Part shown: positions 27,426 to 40,250 of the stretch, piece by piece
Layout: every line of letters begins with the position of its first letter
How positions within the stretch are numbered: the stretch's first letter is position 1
Source: Paraphysomonas bandaiensis
Taxonomy: Eukaryota > Protista > Chrysophyceae
Reading direction: 5' to 3'
Assembly (NCBI GenBank): GCA_965644295.1
Contig: CBFFRP010000426.1
Span: forward strand, 310,001-374,000
Length of the DNA: 64,000 bases
The notes under the pieces: generated by a model
Seen by the model: the letters and a program-made list of their open reading frames with translations, nothing else
Told to the model about the DNA's origin: nothing
Databases searched by the model: none
Position numbers and translations under genes: made by a program

Positions 27426-28324
27426 TTTTTAATTTCATGTTTCGTATATCAAAATAATTGGTAGGTACCGTGCAGTGATTAATTTGACACGCGTTTAGAA
27501 GATGACACTTCACAGAAGAAGTATAGAGCTAATGCGTCATGGTTCGATGATAACCACTGGCTTTAGGACCAAGGAGGTTCAGCCATCAGACCGGATCTAT
27601 CTGCTGATGTACAAGTACGAAGACAGGCAAGCGGATAGTCGAGAGGAAGCGCAAGAGCACAGAGGAAGCTAATAATTGGAGTAGCATAGAATTCTCTGGG
27701 GATATAAGTCATTTCATATGCTTAAGAATACAGCTAAATAGCATAAGGACAACAAATTAGACCTATAATGTCATTCCATTGTTCACAGGCCTCTATAAAA
27801 CTGCTTCTCTGGTACTATGATCAACAATACGAATGCGCTTCCAATAAACGAATTCGTTGCCCTTATGTCATTTAACTGTTTTCTTGAGCATATGAAATGA
27901 TTTGTATCCGCAGAGTATTCTATGTCGCTCCAGCATATTACGAAATGGTGCCGCTGCGTACAAAACTCATCACTAACGTAATTTTCATCATTCTGATAGC
28001 AGCCACTGATAAAATAACGTATCATCTTGAATCGTCATGACACTTCAGTTTTACAGTTGTATAGCTATATAGTATTTGACTACACGTAACACCTTTTTCA
28101 CATAGTATTTAACGTATACTAGAGTTCTATCTTAGAGAAACATAGTATTTCAACATATACATACCCAGTATTTAATAATGACTCTGTATTCGTTTCAAGA
28201 GCTTGTGATACACCTTGTATGCGTGTGCTATATACAAAACACGAAAGCAAACTCGATAATACTTTATTTCAATATTAACAACTCCACTTACTGAATTTAT
28301 CATGCTATGACTAAACTAACTAAT

Positions 28325-31300
28325 TCACATGATAAATTTTACAACTCGTGGCCGCTTCGTAGCATGATGTCCAACTTCTCCGGTTCGTTCCCGCTTTGTC
28401 CCCATCTCGTTGAACGTCGACGTCCCATCGATAGACGCCCGTCTTGAGAGACGGAGTACACCGGCACTTATACCGTTTCCTGCATCATCTTCTTTAACAG
28501 ATGTATTCGGTTTATTGGAATTTAGCAGTTGTCGGCCATATCTTCCTACCCGAAAAGCCTTCCAAATAGTGACAAAATATTCTGGACAATGAGAATAAAC
28601 CCCACTCACCTCCTCCAAGCTACAGCACGACTCAACTGGATCCCTGACAGCGGCTCCTGATGGAAGCATTGCAATTAAAGTCGTGAATTTGTCTCGAAAC
28701 GACAGGTCCGGCATTGTGGAAGAATCATTACTATTTTTGGAAGAGTCCGTCGCGGGAGCCACCGCAAGACACTTTGGTACTCGCTGTACACCATGGCGAC
28801 GCGAATAAAACGTGTAAAGCCAGCACGACAGCAATGTTGACCGTACCATCTGAATTTTAGACTTTACCACGAATGGCATTAAATAAAAATCTCACACCTG
28901 GTCGTGTACAACAGATGGGTCGCATGTAATAAAGGTCCACCACTTTTCAATGATCTGCCTAGCACTAGGAGGAGCTTTCAGGAATGCATTCCGGACGTTT
29001 GCACTGTATCGTTTCCGGCACAGATCGTGCGTGCTTATGACAACTAAACCTGAGGGGTCAGACCAATTCAATGTGTTCAACGGTTCGTAGAGACTGACTA
29101 TACTATGTGGGATAAAACCAGCTCGGTCCTGTATATCTTTATTTTTTGCATCAAGATTACATCAACTCACCTGAAGGGCAAATAGGAGGCTCAGAGCGGC
29201 GCTTCTACGCACATATCTGGAAGGGTCCCTCGACACAACAGATAATACCAATGATAAGCTCTCAGATACTATCATGGTGGTGTTGTTTGCAATTCGTGAA
29301 GGGTTGGGCATTTCTCCCTGAGATGTCTGGTTGGCTGGAGTTTGCGTCAATGTTCTAGCATTGTACTTTGCGAAAGCCAAGCGGAGACAGCAATCGAGTG
29401 CACTCGCTCTAATGAGTGGGGTGGTGTGGGGACTTACTCGGGTAGTAGCAGCCCCGTAGGTCACATAAAACTTGTAATTAAACATACATGCTGAGTCGCT
29501 GTCACTCTTTTGACCTACGTTAGAAGTGTCCAACTGAATTTCAGCATTACATATACACTGTAGTGCCATGGCAGTCACAATCCCTCCCCCAGATGGAGGT
29601 GTAGGAGCATCATCGTGTGAACGTGATCTGTCTCCAGACAACTGCGTATAAATACCCTTGGCACGATCTGTGTTGTCATCATACAGGCACACAGACATGA
29701 TGCGCTCTCTGTGCAGGAAGTGCTGGGCGATTGCAATAATGCGTCGGAGAGTGGCAGCAGCCCCAGGCGAGGAGGGGCGCACTGAGACTTTTGACAAACA
29801 AAGCAGAAGCGTCGCGGAGTAGTGGCTATCGTCGTAACTCCTGGCTCCAGATCCAGAACTTGTTTCTCCATTACCATCGTCTGAGGAAGAGTGTGGACTA
29901 TTATCATTGTTCTCAGCAAAATTGAGAAGCTCAGTGACTACCTCTCCAGGAGTCTCTCCGTTTCGATCTTTTATAGTGGAAAGCGCAACAAGTAGAGCAG
30001 ACCTCAACTGTGTCTTTGTATGGTCAGCGAGATCATTCGGGAGTGGTATCAAGACTTTTTCTGTACGGGGAGGGGCTGTAGAATCAGCAGGTGTCGGCAC
30101 AGTAATCTCAACCAGCTCTGTGAACATGCCCCGCAATGCCCCCAAAAGCAACTCCATCCCAGCCCATTCATATTCTTCTCCAATACGACCTCTGGTAACG
30201 CTAGATCCAGAAGATTCAGTTGTACTGCCATTACTCGGTGGAGCACTTGGGGCATGGTTGCACTGCCACTGAGCCAACGCGTATGCAGCCTCAGTCCGCA
30301 CACAAAGTGAATGTGTTACATTCATTTCATTCCACCCATTTAGAAGCACATCCTTCATGGCACGCAGGCGTAGTAGTTGTGCAGGTATTGCCTGATGAGT
30401 TAGATGTGCTTTGGATAGGGCCTTGAGGGCCTGAATTTGTCCCACAACATCCATGTCCATATATAGTTGTTCTATCAATAGGCAATCAGGGGCAGACAAG
30501 TGAATCTGCGGGAACGTTATATCTCTGGAAAAAGCATGCGTATACTCATTATTCACCTCTCTTATCCAACACACGTCAGGATCAACAGCCACAAATTGCA
30601 CGGATTGCGCGATAGGACCACCAAGTCCCGATCTCAGTGCAGCTATGGCTTGGGCCTGAACTCGCCCACCTTGAATATCCGCTGGAGTGCACATATACTT
30701 CCCTCCCAGTTTGGTGCTATCAGAAGTCTCATCTTCCAGAGATATCGCATCAAACACAGTCGCCGGTGTAGAACTACCCTCATCTGCAGTGGACCGACGC
30801 CTTCCTCCCTGTCGACGAGGTTTGCTATGCAGATTTAGCGAGAAGAGTTGTGCATGGCCATCAACACGACGAGAGTACTGCCACACCTGTGCAAAAATTA
30901 CTCCATACACATTCACTAATCGACTATACCTCTTGTTCCACAACATTGATGGGAATTTTTTCTTTGTATGCAAACCGCAAAGAATCCACCTCTCCCGACC
31001 GAAATCCAACCTGCGCTCAAGTCACATTGGGAACATTTGAAAAAGGAGATCCTAACCTGATGCAAGGCAATATCCACCTTCCGGTGCTTCGGATCAACTC
31101 CTACCCCAGCCCTCAGGAACATGCAGCCCGGGTGGTGCACGAATTGGTCGAGGAAGGCATCATTGAGGTCAGAACCAGCCCCACCACTCATTTCCCTGAC
31201 GTCCGATAAGAATGCGCCTGCATTGGACTTAGCTCCGCTATAATCTACACCCCACAGACTCTCCTCGAATGACACATTATCAGTCCCTGTTGATGAGCAT

Positions 31301-33438
31301 GATGATGCCCTTCTAATGAGTGGGGGGGGTGGAGGGAGGGAAAATGGGACAGCCAATTCGTCATTTGACGTGGTGGAGATTTCGGCACCTTGTTGTGCAG
31401 GGCTATGCCCGAAAGAATTCTTTTGAGTTGCTGAGGTCGCGGCCAACTCGGACGGATCTATCTTCCATGATGCAGAGAGGTCACTGTGCTCACAACCATC
31501 CCCTGTGCTGGATATGCTATCACTTCTATTTCTTCCCAGCAGCTGCGACGTGCTCGGCATTGCAGTCGCTTTGCTGGGATTATTCTGGCTGTCACCTGAC
31601 CATAAGGGAGAGGTCATATACGACACACCAACTACAGGGCTCGGGCTCTGCATAGGCGTCAATGGTGCATTAGACGGGGTACCAGGAACAGGAATGCCGA
31701 AATTTTGTGGAGTAGGAGGTGCCATCAAAGGGGGAGGCATTGGCCCCCCATCAACGGAACTGCTGTGTCCTGCCACATACCGATGTGGTGCTTTCGTCTT
31801 GACAATGTTTCGAATTGCCTTCAAAACAACATCTACATTGCCACCTATACGGTGACATATGATGTGGAATATAACCGTGGACTTATACTGCAAATATCTT
31901 GAATAAAACTCTCCAAGTCTATTGTAATCCTCAGGGAAGGGCGGGGACAGCGGAAATGCATTACTGGTTTTCTCGTAGTTAATAACATTAGTTAGATGTT
32001 TGTAAAATCTGTACCGAGCTTCATCCGCGCCAAAAACATAGCTCACATACTCATCAATCATAAAACCCACAGCACCATGTAGTATGAACTCGGATTTGTA
32101 GGAGTCCAAGTGCACAGATCCTTTGAACCAGGTGTATAAATATGCTTGCAATAGGTTGAGGTGCGATGGCATCTCCATATAGATACAGCTGTCGTTGTGC
32201 ATCCACCGGTAGCTCAGACACAAGAACCCATCGAAAGACATATAATTACAGTCCATGTCTGGAACAAACACAATGTAACACCGGGAATACCCGAACCGGC
32301 GGGAGATAGCCTTATGCAAGTGTCTAACGGCTGCGTCAAACCCAAAAAACGTGTGTTGGATTTTAGATACAAGGCCAGAAACACTCTTTTCAATATTGCT
32401 TGTTCTATCACTAGCAGAGGTGTCCGACTTTTGAATGACGGCAGCCGCGAGCTCGTCAGTAACCCATATATGTCCTTGGGACAGGTATAATGGCACAGTA
32501 AAGGTTTCCTGGATAAGTCCAACAAAAGCACCAATAGCGTACACAGGCACTCGGTGGGGAGTTATGAATCGATACGTAGAAGTAGAAGATGATATCGCGA
32601 TGGCATCCATGTTGCTACTTGTTGACGAGGTTCCAGTCCCGGATTGTTTCACTGGATGTGAATGTGCAGTGGAAACGTGAATTCCTGAGCAAACTACTCT
32701 ATACCGTTCCAAGTGATCGGAGTCGCTACACGCACTATAGGTGGGTACCGTCAGAGATATGTCAAATATTGCTTGCTGAGATGGGTCATCTAGACATGGT
32801 AGCCACGTTCTTATCCCGTCGACGTCGCATAGAGGGAAATCACTGCTATGGTTGGTTACGCAGTTCGTCACCACTGGTACCTTATCACCGTCAGATTTAC
32901 TGGCCTGTTTAAAAGAAAAAGACCACCCCCCCCAGTCCTTCAAATTCATATTCAAGTGGTATCGTATAGTAACTACCATTAAAACACTTCTACTATCAGG
33001 ATTCTCTTGCATATCGTGTTGGATCTTAGCAAGGTGTTCAAACCGAGATGTGACCTCTTTCGGAGTCCTTCGAGGGAGGGGATCAAGAGACGTCGTAGAT
33101 GTATATATATCATCAGGAAGTTCAATTTGAAGTTCTCCATCTCGATTAATTTCTAATGCAGCTCTATAATTAATATCTAGTTGTTCTCCATTATATGTGG
33201 GGGCAGTTGATCCATATGTAAGTGTCTTAAGGGGATCATTATGAGTGAAATTACATTCTTCCCCATTAACTGTAATGTGATCTATAATACATTGACGACA
33301 ATGAAGATTTATATATGGACCTAATGTATCTCTATCACTGTGTATTATCCATAAACGTGTAGTGCCGCGTAATGTTTGTCTATCAAAGTTAAGAGACACT
33401 TCAGCGTTTTGATAGATAAGATATAAATGATTTGACAT
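28325..33438 (-). CDS. TAF2: TFIID subunit 2 (TAF2; M1-aminopeptidase-like fold), multi-exon
   Basis: NLHCRQC, RTWLPCLD, FVAVDPD..W, EQL..D.DVVGQIQALKAL, VRTEAAYALA, LLNFAENNDNS..YDDSHY; the apparent frame break near 31.0 kb is explained by two short GT-AG introns. Confidence 0.85.
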
Positions 33439-33563
33439 GAATGAATTCGTGTCACCTTAATTGAAGTGATTGCATGGTGTTTGTGGTGTTGTTATCCATG
33501 CAGATGAGACCACACTGTCAGAATAGTCATAAGGGAGCCAGATACATACATACACTGCACTGC

Positions 33564-33566
<3 letters not shown>

Positions 33567-33595
<29 letters not shown>

Positions 33596-33713
33596 TGTAT
33601 GTATGTATGTATGTATGTATGTATGTATGTATGTATGTATGTATGTATGTATGTATGTATGTATGTATGTATGTATGTATGTATGTATGTATGTATGTAT
33701 GTATGTATGTATG
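33567..33713. repeat. (TATG)n microsatellite in a divergent promoter region
   Basis: About 36 perfect TATG units. Confidence 0.95.
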
Positions 33714-33921
33714 TTCTCTGTACATATGGTGAAGGACGTATTCTTAATATATACGGTACAGTATACAGTTATTCTCCATATCAGTCATAGTCCAGTTTAT
33801 TTGCTATAACATCTATATATACATGTATATATATATAACATGCTCCTAAGTCCCAATAACTCTACTATGACTGTATGTAACATACAATGAATTAACCAGT
33901 GTATCCTATAGTACATCTACA

Positions 33922-35022
33922 ATGCATAAACTAAAAGAGGATAAAGAAAGATCACTACAGTGTGATATACAACAAGGACAAGCATCAGCTGAAGATTCTT
34001 TAAATATTGGAAGAGGAATACTCGGTACATTATCAGAACAAAATGGTAAGACTTGTTTTATTATGATCATTTGATGAGTATATTAACTGCTATTCATAAT
34101 AACAGAGAAACAACTTGCAAGTGCTGATAATGTAGAGACAACTGAATATGTATTACAACGAAGTATGCGTGTACTTAGAGGAATGACATGGAGTGGAATG
34201 TTTTATAATATGGTGACAAAGGAATCGGAACCTACTAAAACGATTTCCCACACACATAGGCAGCATCCTAATATTACAGACACAGTAGATGTCCGTGAGC
34301 ATTACCAGAACCGCAGGGAACTATTGGATGGTACTGGAAACACCTCACGAACATGTGATGAAGAAATGGAACGCTTAGCGGGAAGTGTACAGAAACTTGA
34401 GGATGTTAGCTTAACGATAAACAGATCCCTTCAGGCTCAGGCCCAGCTTGCTGACGATCTCACCGAAAAAACTGAAGACGTTAACAATGCAATGCTCGCC
34501 ACCCTTTTACGCACCGCTCAGCTTACCCAACGAGCGAAAAAGACTTCTGAAGTTGAAATTGGCATATTTTATTTTCAGCAGATGGGATCTAATCAGTATT
34601 TGTGCGTCAATGGTACTCAGGTTGTGCTCTGCGACAGATTTGATAGGTCGGCTATATTTCGTGTCTTTTCAAAGGAAAGTCACCTGATGGGACTTCAAAA
34701 CATGAAGACGTTTAAGTTTCTGGGTATTAATATGTGGGGCTCAGTCACTGCATCTAGTGCAGTGTTTGGTACCTATGAAGAAACTTTTATCGACTTAGAT
34801 GGATTCAGGCGCACTCCAGGTATATTCTTCCTCGCGCCTAACTGGGGTGGTGGTGGCTGGTTACAGCAGCCATTGGCAACTGAAAGTAGTAACCAAAAAG
34901 ACACCTTGCCGATATGCACTTCAGTTACAAAGGGTATTTCAGACTGCACTTCAAGACTACAGCTTGTAGCGAAACCGATGTTGGATGAAGATTTTGATCG
35001 ACTCTGTCGACTGAATAGTTAG
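33922..35022 (+). CDS. SNAP-25-like Qbc SNARE with an extra C-terminal beta-rich (fascin/beta-trefoil-like) domain; 2 exons
   Basis: EDSLNIGRGILGTLSEQ.EKQL...RSMRVLRGM (Qb) and MERLAGSVQKLEDVSLTINRSLQAQAQLADDL (Qc); intron ~34046-34105; start codon inferred. Confidence 0.7.
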
Positions 35023-35747
35023 TGGTTATTGTAATAGTGCCGTATATCTTCATTTACATTATAAACAAACGAATTTGTACACATAAAGTCATAGTAGTGA
35101 TGTATATATAAGTTTCCTTGTGTCAAAGCTGTGAAATAATTCATTGAATTATATGACTTACGCGTTCGCCACAAATTGTCAACATATCAAGGATTTTGGT
35201 TGAATTAATGGCCATGATCAATGATTATTATTGTGCAGCGAGTTGGCAGTTGTTGTGATTGCACCGTATTTTGTATAAATAATAAATTATTAGGCTACAA
35301 CGATGATATCTTTTCAAAGCTCTAGTATTCCAGGTTGCTCTATTATTTTCACTTTGTTTATATGCTACATGGTTTTGCGACTGAATATACTTGAGTCAGA
35401 AATGAGATTATGAAGTATGCAGGTGGTGTGGGTATTCGAATTTTAAAAATGTGATTCTCGCTTGTCATATTGGTGTGCTTTACATGGACATGAGCCACCT
35501 CAAGTAAGCTGCCAGTATGTCACTAGTTGACTAACATATACTGAAAAATAGTGTATTATATCGCACAAGTAGTTGCTGTACATCGCTATAAAATATTTCG
35601 CTATCAGTTCGCTAGCAATGTCATCCACGCAAGAAATCACAACAGCTGCAATATCAGCAAAATATCACGCAAAATTGCTGTTCCCACACGGAAACATACT
35701 TCGGGTCCATGCTCAACTTACTAATACCTTCGGCAAAAACCATGCTT

Positions 35748-37452
35748 TCATGCTGTAAATTCAACTTCACTCGTAGTTGTACTAGAGTCATTGCCATTGG
35801 ACATACTTTTTGATTCGTCAGTAACTTCTACTGCCGTATCAGCATCAACGGTGACACTTCCTATTAACTACACACAGAGAAGGAAATATAAATCATAAGC
35901 AAAGAGTAGATCAGCCTACACACCTCCTCTGCATCGTCATAATCTGCCAGTGACATAAATTTCGTGCTGTGCTTCTGAATGAATCTGTGACGTGAACAAC
36001 ATATTACGCTAATCTTTTGAGTTAATCATCGCAGATATTGACAATAAATAGACAATAAAAACGAATAAAATTCTTACTTCAGCAAATCGGCCAGTTTCTG
36101 TTGCATGAAAGTTAAGTCCGGCGGTGCGACAGATATATCTTTGCTTAGAGAGGGGAGCTTGACTGGAATCCATAACAACGATTATCAATCAAAGTGAATA
36201 AAGATACAAATATATGAGAGAACTGAGTATGACATATGATAATATATTTTTCAGAACAAATGAGTATCAGAGAGGGGTACTGGTAGAATAAAACAGCTGA
36301 CAGAAAACTCACCAAATAGTCGGAGCAGGTGCTCAGCTCCATAGTAGTCAGAAGAAGAAAAGATGCTTCCGGGCCCATTATCGTGCTGATGCTTTCTAAC
36401 AAGATGCTCGTACTAAATACATCATATAACACGTTAAATGTGCAAAGTTGAAGGGTGTACGAAGTGTTAAACTAGCAGGCATAAACTTTACGCACCTGCG
36501 CTCGCTCCTGACGGTAAAGCAATATCAAAGGCAACGCCTAATAAACATTTACACCAACAAAAATTAGCACACCACTACTAAAATTAAAGTCTAGGTTAAA
36601 GCAGGCCCATTTCGCGTACCTTGTCGAAGTAGAGCCGAAGTCCTATCAATAGTTCCCGACTGCGGTCATTCTACCACACCAACACATAAGCCATTTGATG
36701 ACAATCGATACGACACATACTTGCTTATCGTCTGTCTTGCTGCGCTTTTCTGCGAGAAAGTCATCTATGATGCTGGTCACAGTATGTTGCCGCGGCAATT
36801 TGAGTAGTCGTCGAGGATCTTTTACTATCAACTATTAACAGCAGGGGAAGTGAGTATGCATATTTACAATAACAGAAATTTACCACGCACCTCATACTCA
36901 TCCACCAGAACCTTCTTCAGTGTCAACGGGACCTGAACCTTCATCTGCAAAAGCGCCATTACAATATTATATCACTGACAACTGACATGACAGCTACTGA
37001 CCACAGCTAAGTCATCAATACTATCGTCGACCTGATCTATTGTTAGACACTCATATAGATGACAATATATAATATCATACAATCTCAGCTTGTAACAGTT
37101 GTTTCCTACGCTTCTTTTCCGCTGCATCTTCTTGAGTATTACTTCTCTACCAGTTGATATTATTATCATATACTTCAATTATATATATATATATATAGAA
37201 AGATATTACCTTCTTCATATTTTTGTTTTCATCCTCACATTCCATAAGACCAAGTCGACCAATAGCTCTTGTTTTCTTTGAAACATTCTTTTCATCTGTC
37301 CAATTATCCCATTTACGTTTCCATCCTTGAAAATGTACAAAATATTTCCATATTTGATTACATAATTGTGTTTTTAATACTTTAGCTTCATAGATTTTAC
37401 CACGATCTTTAACACAAACAATTTCATTCTCTTCAAATTTTGGTGATGACAT
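35748..37452 (-). CDS. MRG15/Eaf3-like chromo-barrel plus MRG domain protein, many short exons
   Basis: IYEAKVLK...YFVHFQGWKRKWDNW; LLKLPRQHTVTSIIDDF; GLRLYFDK.LPLILLYRQERAQ. Confidence 0.88.
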
Positions 37453-37682
37453 ACTAGCTTTTAATTGATATGGTAGATAAGTGTGATTGTATTGGACTGG
37501 AAATTTAAACTTGATTGTGATGTATGTATGTATGTATGATACATAGCCATAGTGACCGCATACATATATATATATATGGATACAGTACAGCAGAGTACAT
37601 AGTATACGTATACGGTATATCTATATGGTGGTATAGTAATACAACTCGAAATTTGAATATATGATTTGTTAATGTATGAAAA

Positions 37683-37787
37683 TATATGAAAAACACCGTA
37701 CAGAATCCTTATATATGAAACATACCGTACAAAACCCTTATATATGAAAAACACCGTACAGAATTCTTATATATGAAACATACCGTA
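37683..37787. repeat. 29-bp minisatellite, about 3.6 units alternating between two variants
   Basis: tatatgaaa starts at 37683, 37712, 37741, 37770; units alternate aaacaccgtacagaa / acataccgta. Confidence 0.9.
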
Positions 37788-37901
37788 TACTGTACCATGA
37801 ACACAGTGGCTCATATCTGCTCTGATATCCTTCTATATGAAACCCACCATACAGCATTCTCATCCATATATTAGATCTTATAACCCCATAAGATAATAAC
37901 C

Positions 37902-39203
37902 ATGACTATAATATGGTATTTATATCTATCTATAGTCACACTCAGTTACAGTACATCTCAATCATGTAACTGTCATTCATTATCATATAAAACTGATTCT
38001 ATAACGAACATTGCCATCATATCTGCTACAGGTCGTGTAGGATCATCTAATCTATTAAGTATGCTTGGATCAGATCATAGAATTATTAATTTAGGTGAAA
38101 TATTTATTACAACACGATTTAATTCACTTAATTTACCACCAAATATATATTCACCTTCTCATAATCCTGCATCAGAGAGTTTTAAATTGAGTATGATGAA
38201 TCATATTCGACACTGTTACTCATCTAATGATAATAAAGAATATAAAAGTCATAAATTAGCTAGTATTAAATTTTGGCATGCATGGTCAAATGGGGTAACA
38301 ATTGAATGGATGGTGAATCAATTGATACACTGTGGATGCGTGACGCACTTTGTGTTGATAGGTAGAAATCCAGTCCGTATCACTGTGTCGGAGCAGTATG
38401 CGAACCGTTATCGAACGTGGCAGTACCAAAAGAGTAGACAGCGGAGTGCACCTGGAGCAGTGTGCGACAGATCTTATCTTGCATATCATATTGGTGGTAG
38501 GTGGGTTGCAGAGATGGCTCGGACACACTACATGGGGTTCACCGCAGTTCAGAGTGCCATAGAAAGGGTACGGTCGCAACTACAGTTGTCTTTTCCGGCT
38601 CATATTGGCCTCAGTTACGAAGCTGACATGTTACCGGACCCTGTAAAAGCGTATGAAAAAATAATGGGTTTTTTACAGTTAGAATCTCAGGCTGTTCCTC
38701 CGCCTCGACATAGAAAGGGTATGATATGTCCTCTTCGTGACATGCTCGTCAACTTCGAGGAACTTGTTTGTAGTCTGCAGCAGTGGGAAATGAGTGCTGG
38801 GGTAGCTCGAAACTCTGCTGCCTCTGTGATGTGGATGGCAAGTGACACTGATGTACCCATCACATTTGATAGCATGTTAATTTCTTGGAGGAAATTGCTG
38901 GACGACCTTGGAGAACATGGAGCACTTTCGGAGTGCACCTTAGATGATATAGGCCGCAGTGGGGTGAAGGTCCCTTTATCTGTGACCACCAAAGGTGTGT
39001 GTGGGACAGGAGGGGAAACGAACAAGTGTCGAGGGATTCCTGCTGTTCCCCCTGATGGGCCGGACCTTTGCTTCCTGTCAATGCACCGAGCTGGATGTGA
39101 TGCTATGACTTTCAAGGATGGGCATTGTTACTTGCACAAGAATATCTCGACGTTTTCACTGACAACTTGTGCGACAGATGCTCTGTATAGAAGTAAGTTT
39201 TGA
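37902..39203 (+). CDS. Secreted or membrane-anchored sulfotransferase-like protein with a Cys-rich C-terminus
   Basis: Hydrophobic N-terminus; ATGRVGSSNL (5'-PSB loop-like), GEIF, RNPVRITVS (3'-PB-like), LSYE. Confidence 0.6.
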   Translation: MTIIWYLYLSIVTLSYSTSQSCNCHSLSYKTDSITNIAIISATGRVGSSNLLSMLGSDHRIINLGEIFITTRFNSLNLPPNIYSPSHNPASESFKLSMMNHIRHCYSSNDNKEYKSHKLASIKFWHAWSNGVTIEWMVNQLIHCGCVTHFVLIGRNPVRITVSEQYANRYRTWQYQKSRQRSAPGAVCDRSYLAYHIGGRWVAEMARTHYMGFTAVQSAIERVRSQLQLSFPAHIGLSYEADMLPDPVKAYEKIMGFLQLESQAVPPPRHRKGMICPLRDMLVNFEELVCSLQQWEMSAGVARNSAASVMWMASDTDVPITFDSMLISWRKLLDDLGEHGALSECTLDDIGRSGVKVPLSVTTKGVCGTGGETNKCRGIPAVPPDGPDLCFLSMHRAGCDAMTFKDGHCYLHKNISTFSLTTCATDALYRSKF

Positions 39204-39640
39204 TGGGAGAGGTAGTTCTGCTTGCGTTAATGTATCAGTGTTGCCCATGTTGGTTCTTTTTTATGCAAACGGCCAACAGAAGTGTGTATATACGGTATTT
39301 CACATTACGTAATGTGGGTGTATTGTAATTAAGTATTATCTCGATGTGTACTCCTTTTTGGTTATTCCGTGATACATCTCTGCGCACAATATCGTGTCAT
39401 GATGCTGAATAATATATCTTGTATTATCACTTCCCTTTGTGAAGATACTTCCCATGTGGTAAACGCTATAGTTTCTGTTGATAGTCTTCAGCTAGCTGAG
39501 CCTGAATCTTATTTATCACCGAGGATATAAATTACAAGTATATGATAAAGTGCAATGATAGTTGGTGCAATTCAATTTCGTACAGGCAGTTGAATAAAAA
39601 TAATGACTAGAAAATAGTATAATACAGTTCAAGAATGTTG

Positions 39641-39852
39641 AGTAGTGAATGTCTTATTACTATCAATAGGCGTTTAAGAGTCAGTGCTTAACTCTGATAT
39701 CCTATTATTTCAATCTACGAAAGCTGATTGTGCGTCACCGCAAGCACAAATGTGCAACCACTTTCGCTCTGAGCAGTGAGCATGCAGAATGTTGATATAC
39801 CTGACATCTGCTGACTTCAAATTACTGAGTTCGTAAGATAAACAGCCCGGAT
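39641..39852. repeat. Family-A repeat, copy 3, left part (split by the retrotransposon)
   Basis: Homologous to the other copies up to aacagcccggat; resumes at 50130. Confidence 0.85.
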
Positions 39853-40250
39853 CACAGGATGCACAGAGCGGACTGTGGAAATGCTGTGCATGCACCAGGT
39901 GTGCCTGTTCACAGCCCATGGTACTGCTCACCTGCATCAAAACACCCACATCCACCTCCCCTCCTGTGTCCGTGCACTAGCACAACACCACCAGCACCCG
40001 CCAACTCGCGCTCTCACGCGATGCACAGAGCGGACTGTAGAAACGCTGTGCATGTACCAGGTGTGCATGTTCACAGCCCATGGTACTGCTCACCTGCATC
40101 AAAACACCCACATCCACCTCCCCTCCTGTGCCCGTCCCCCAGCACACCACCACTCACATCCTCCAACTCACGCTCTCACAGGATGCACAGAGCGGACTGT
40201 GGAAATGCTGTGCATGCACCAGGTATGCCTGTTCACAGCCCATAGTACTC
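39853..40250 (+). repeat. 162-bp tandem monomers (about 2.5 units) at the 5' end of the retrotransposon
   Basis: atgcacagagcggactgt at 39859, 40021 and 40183. Confidence 0.9.

Noticed and set aside
30916-31060. Apparent frameshift between the two large TAF2 ORFs
   Set aside because: Resolved by two short GT-AG introns flanking a small exon (VGFRSGEV...VVEQE)
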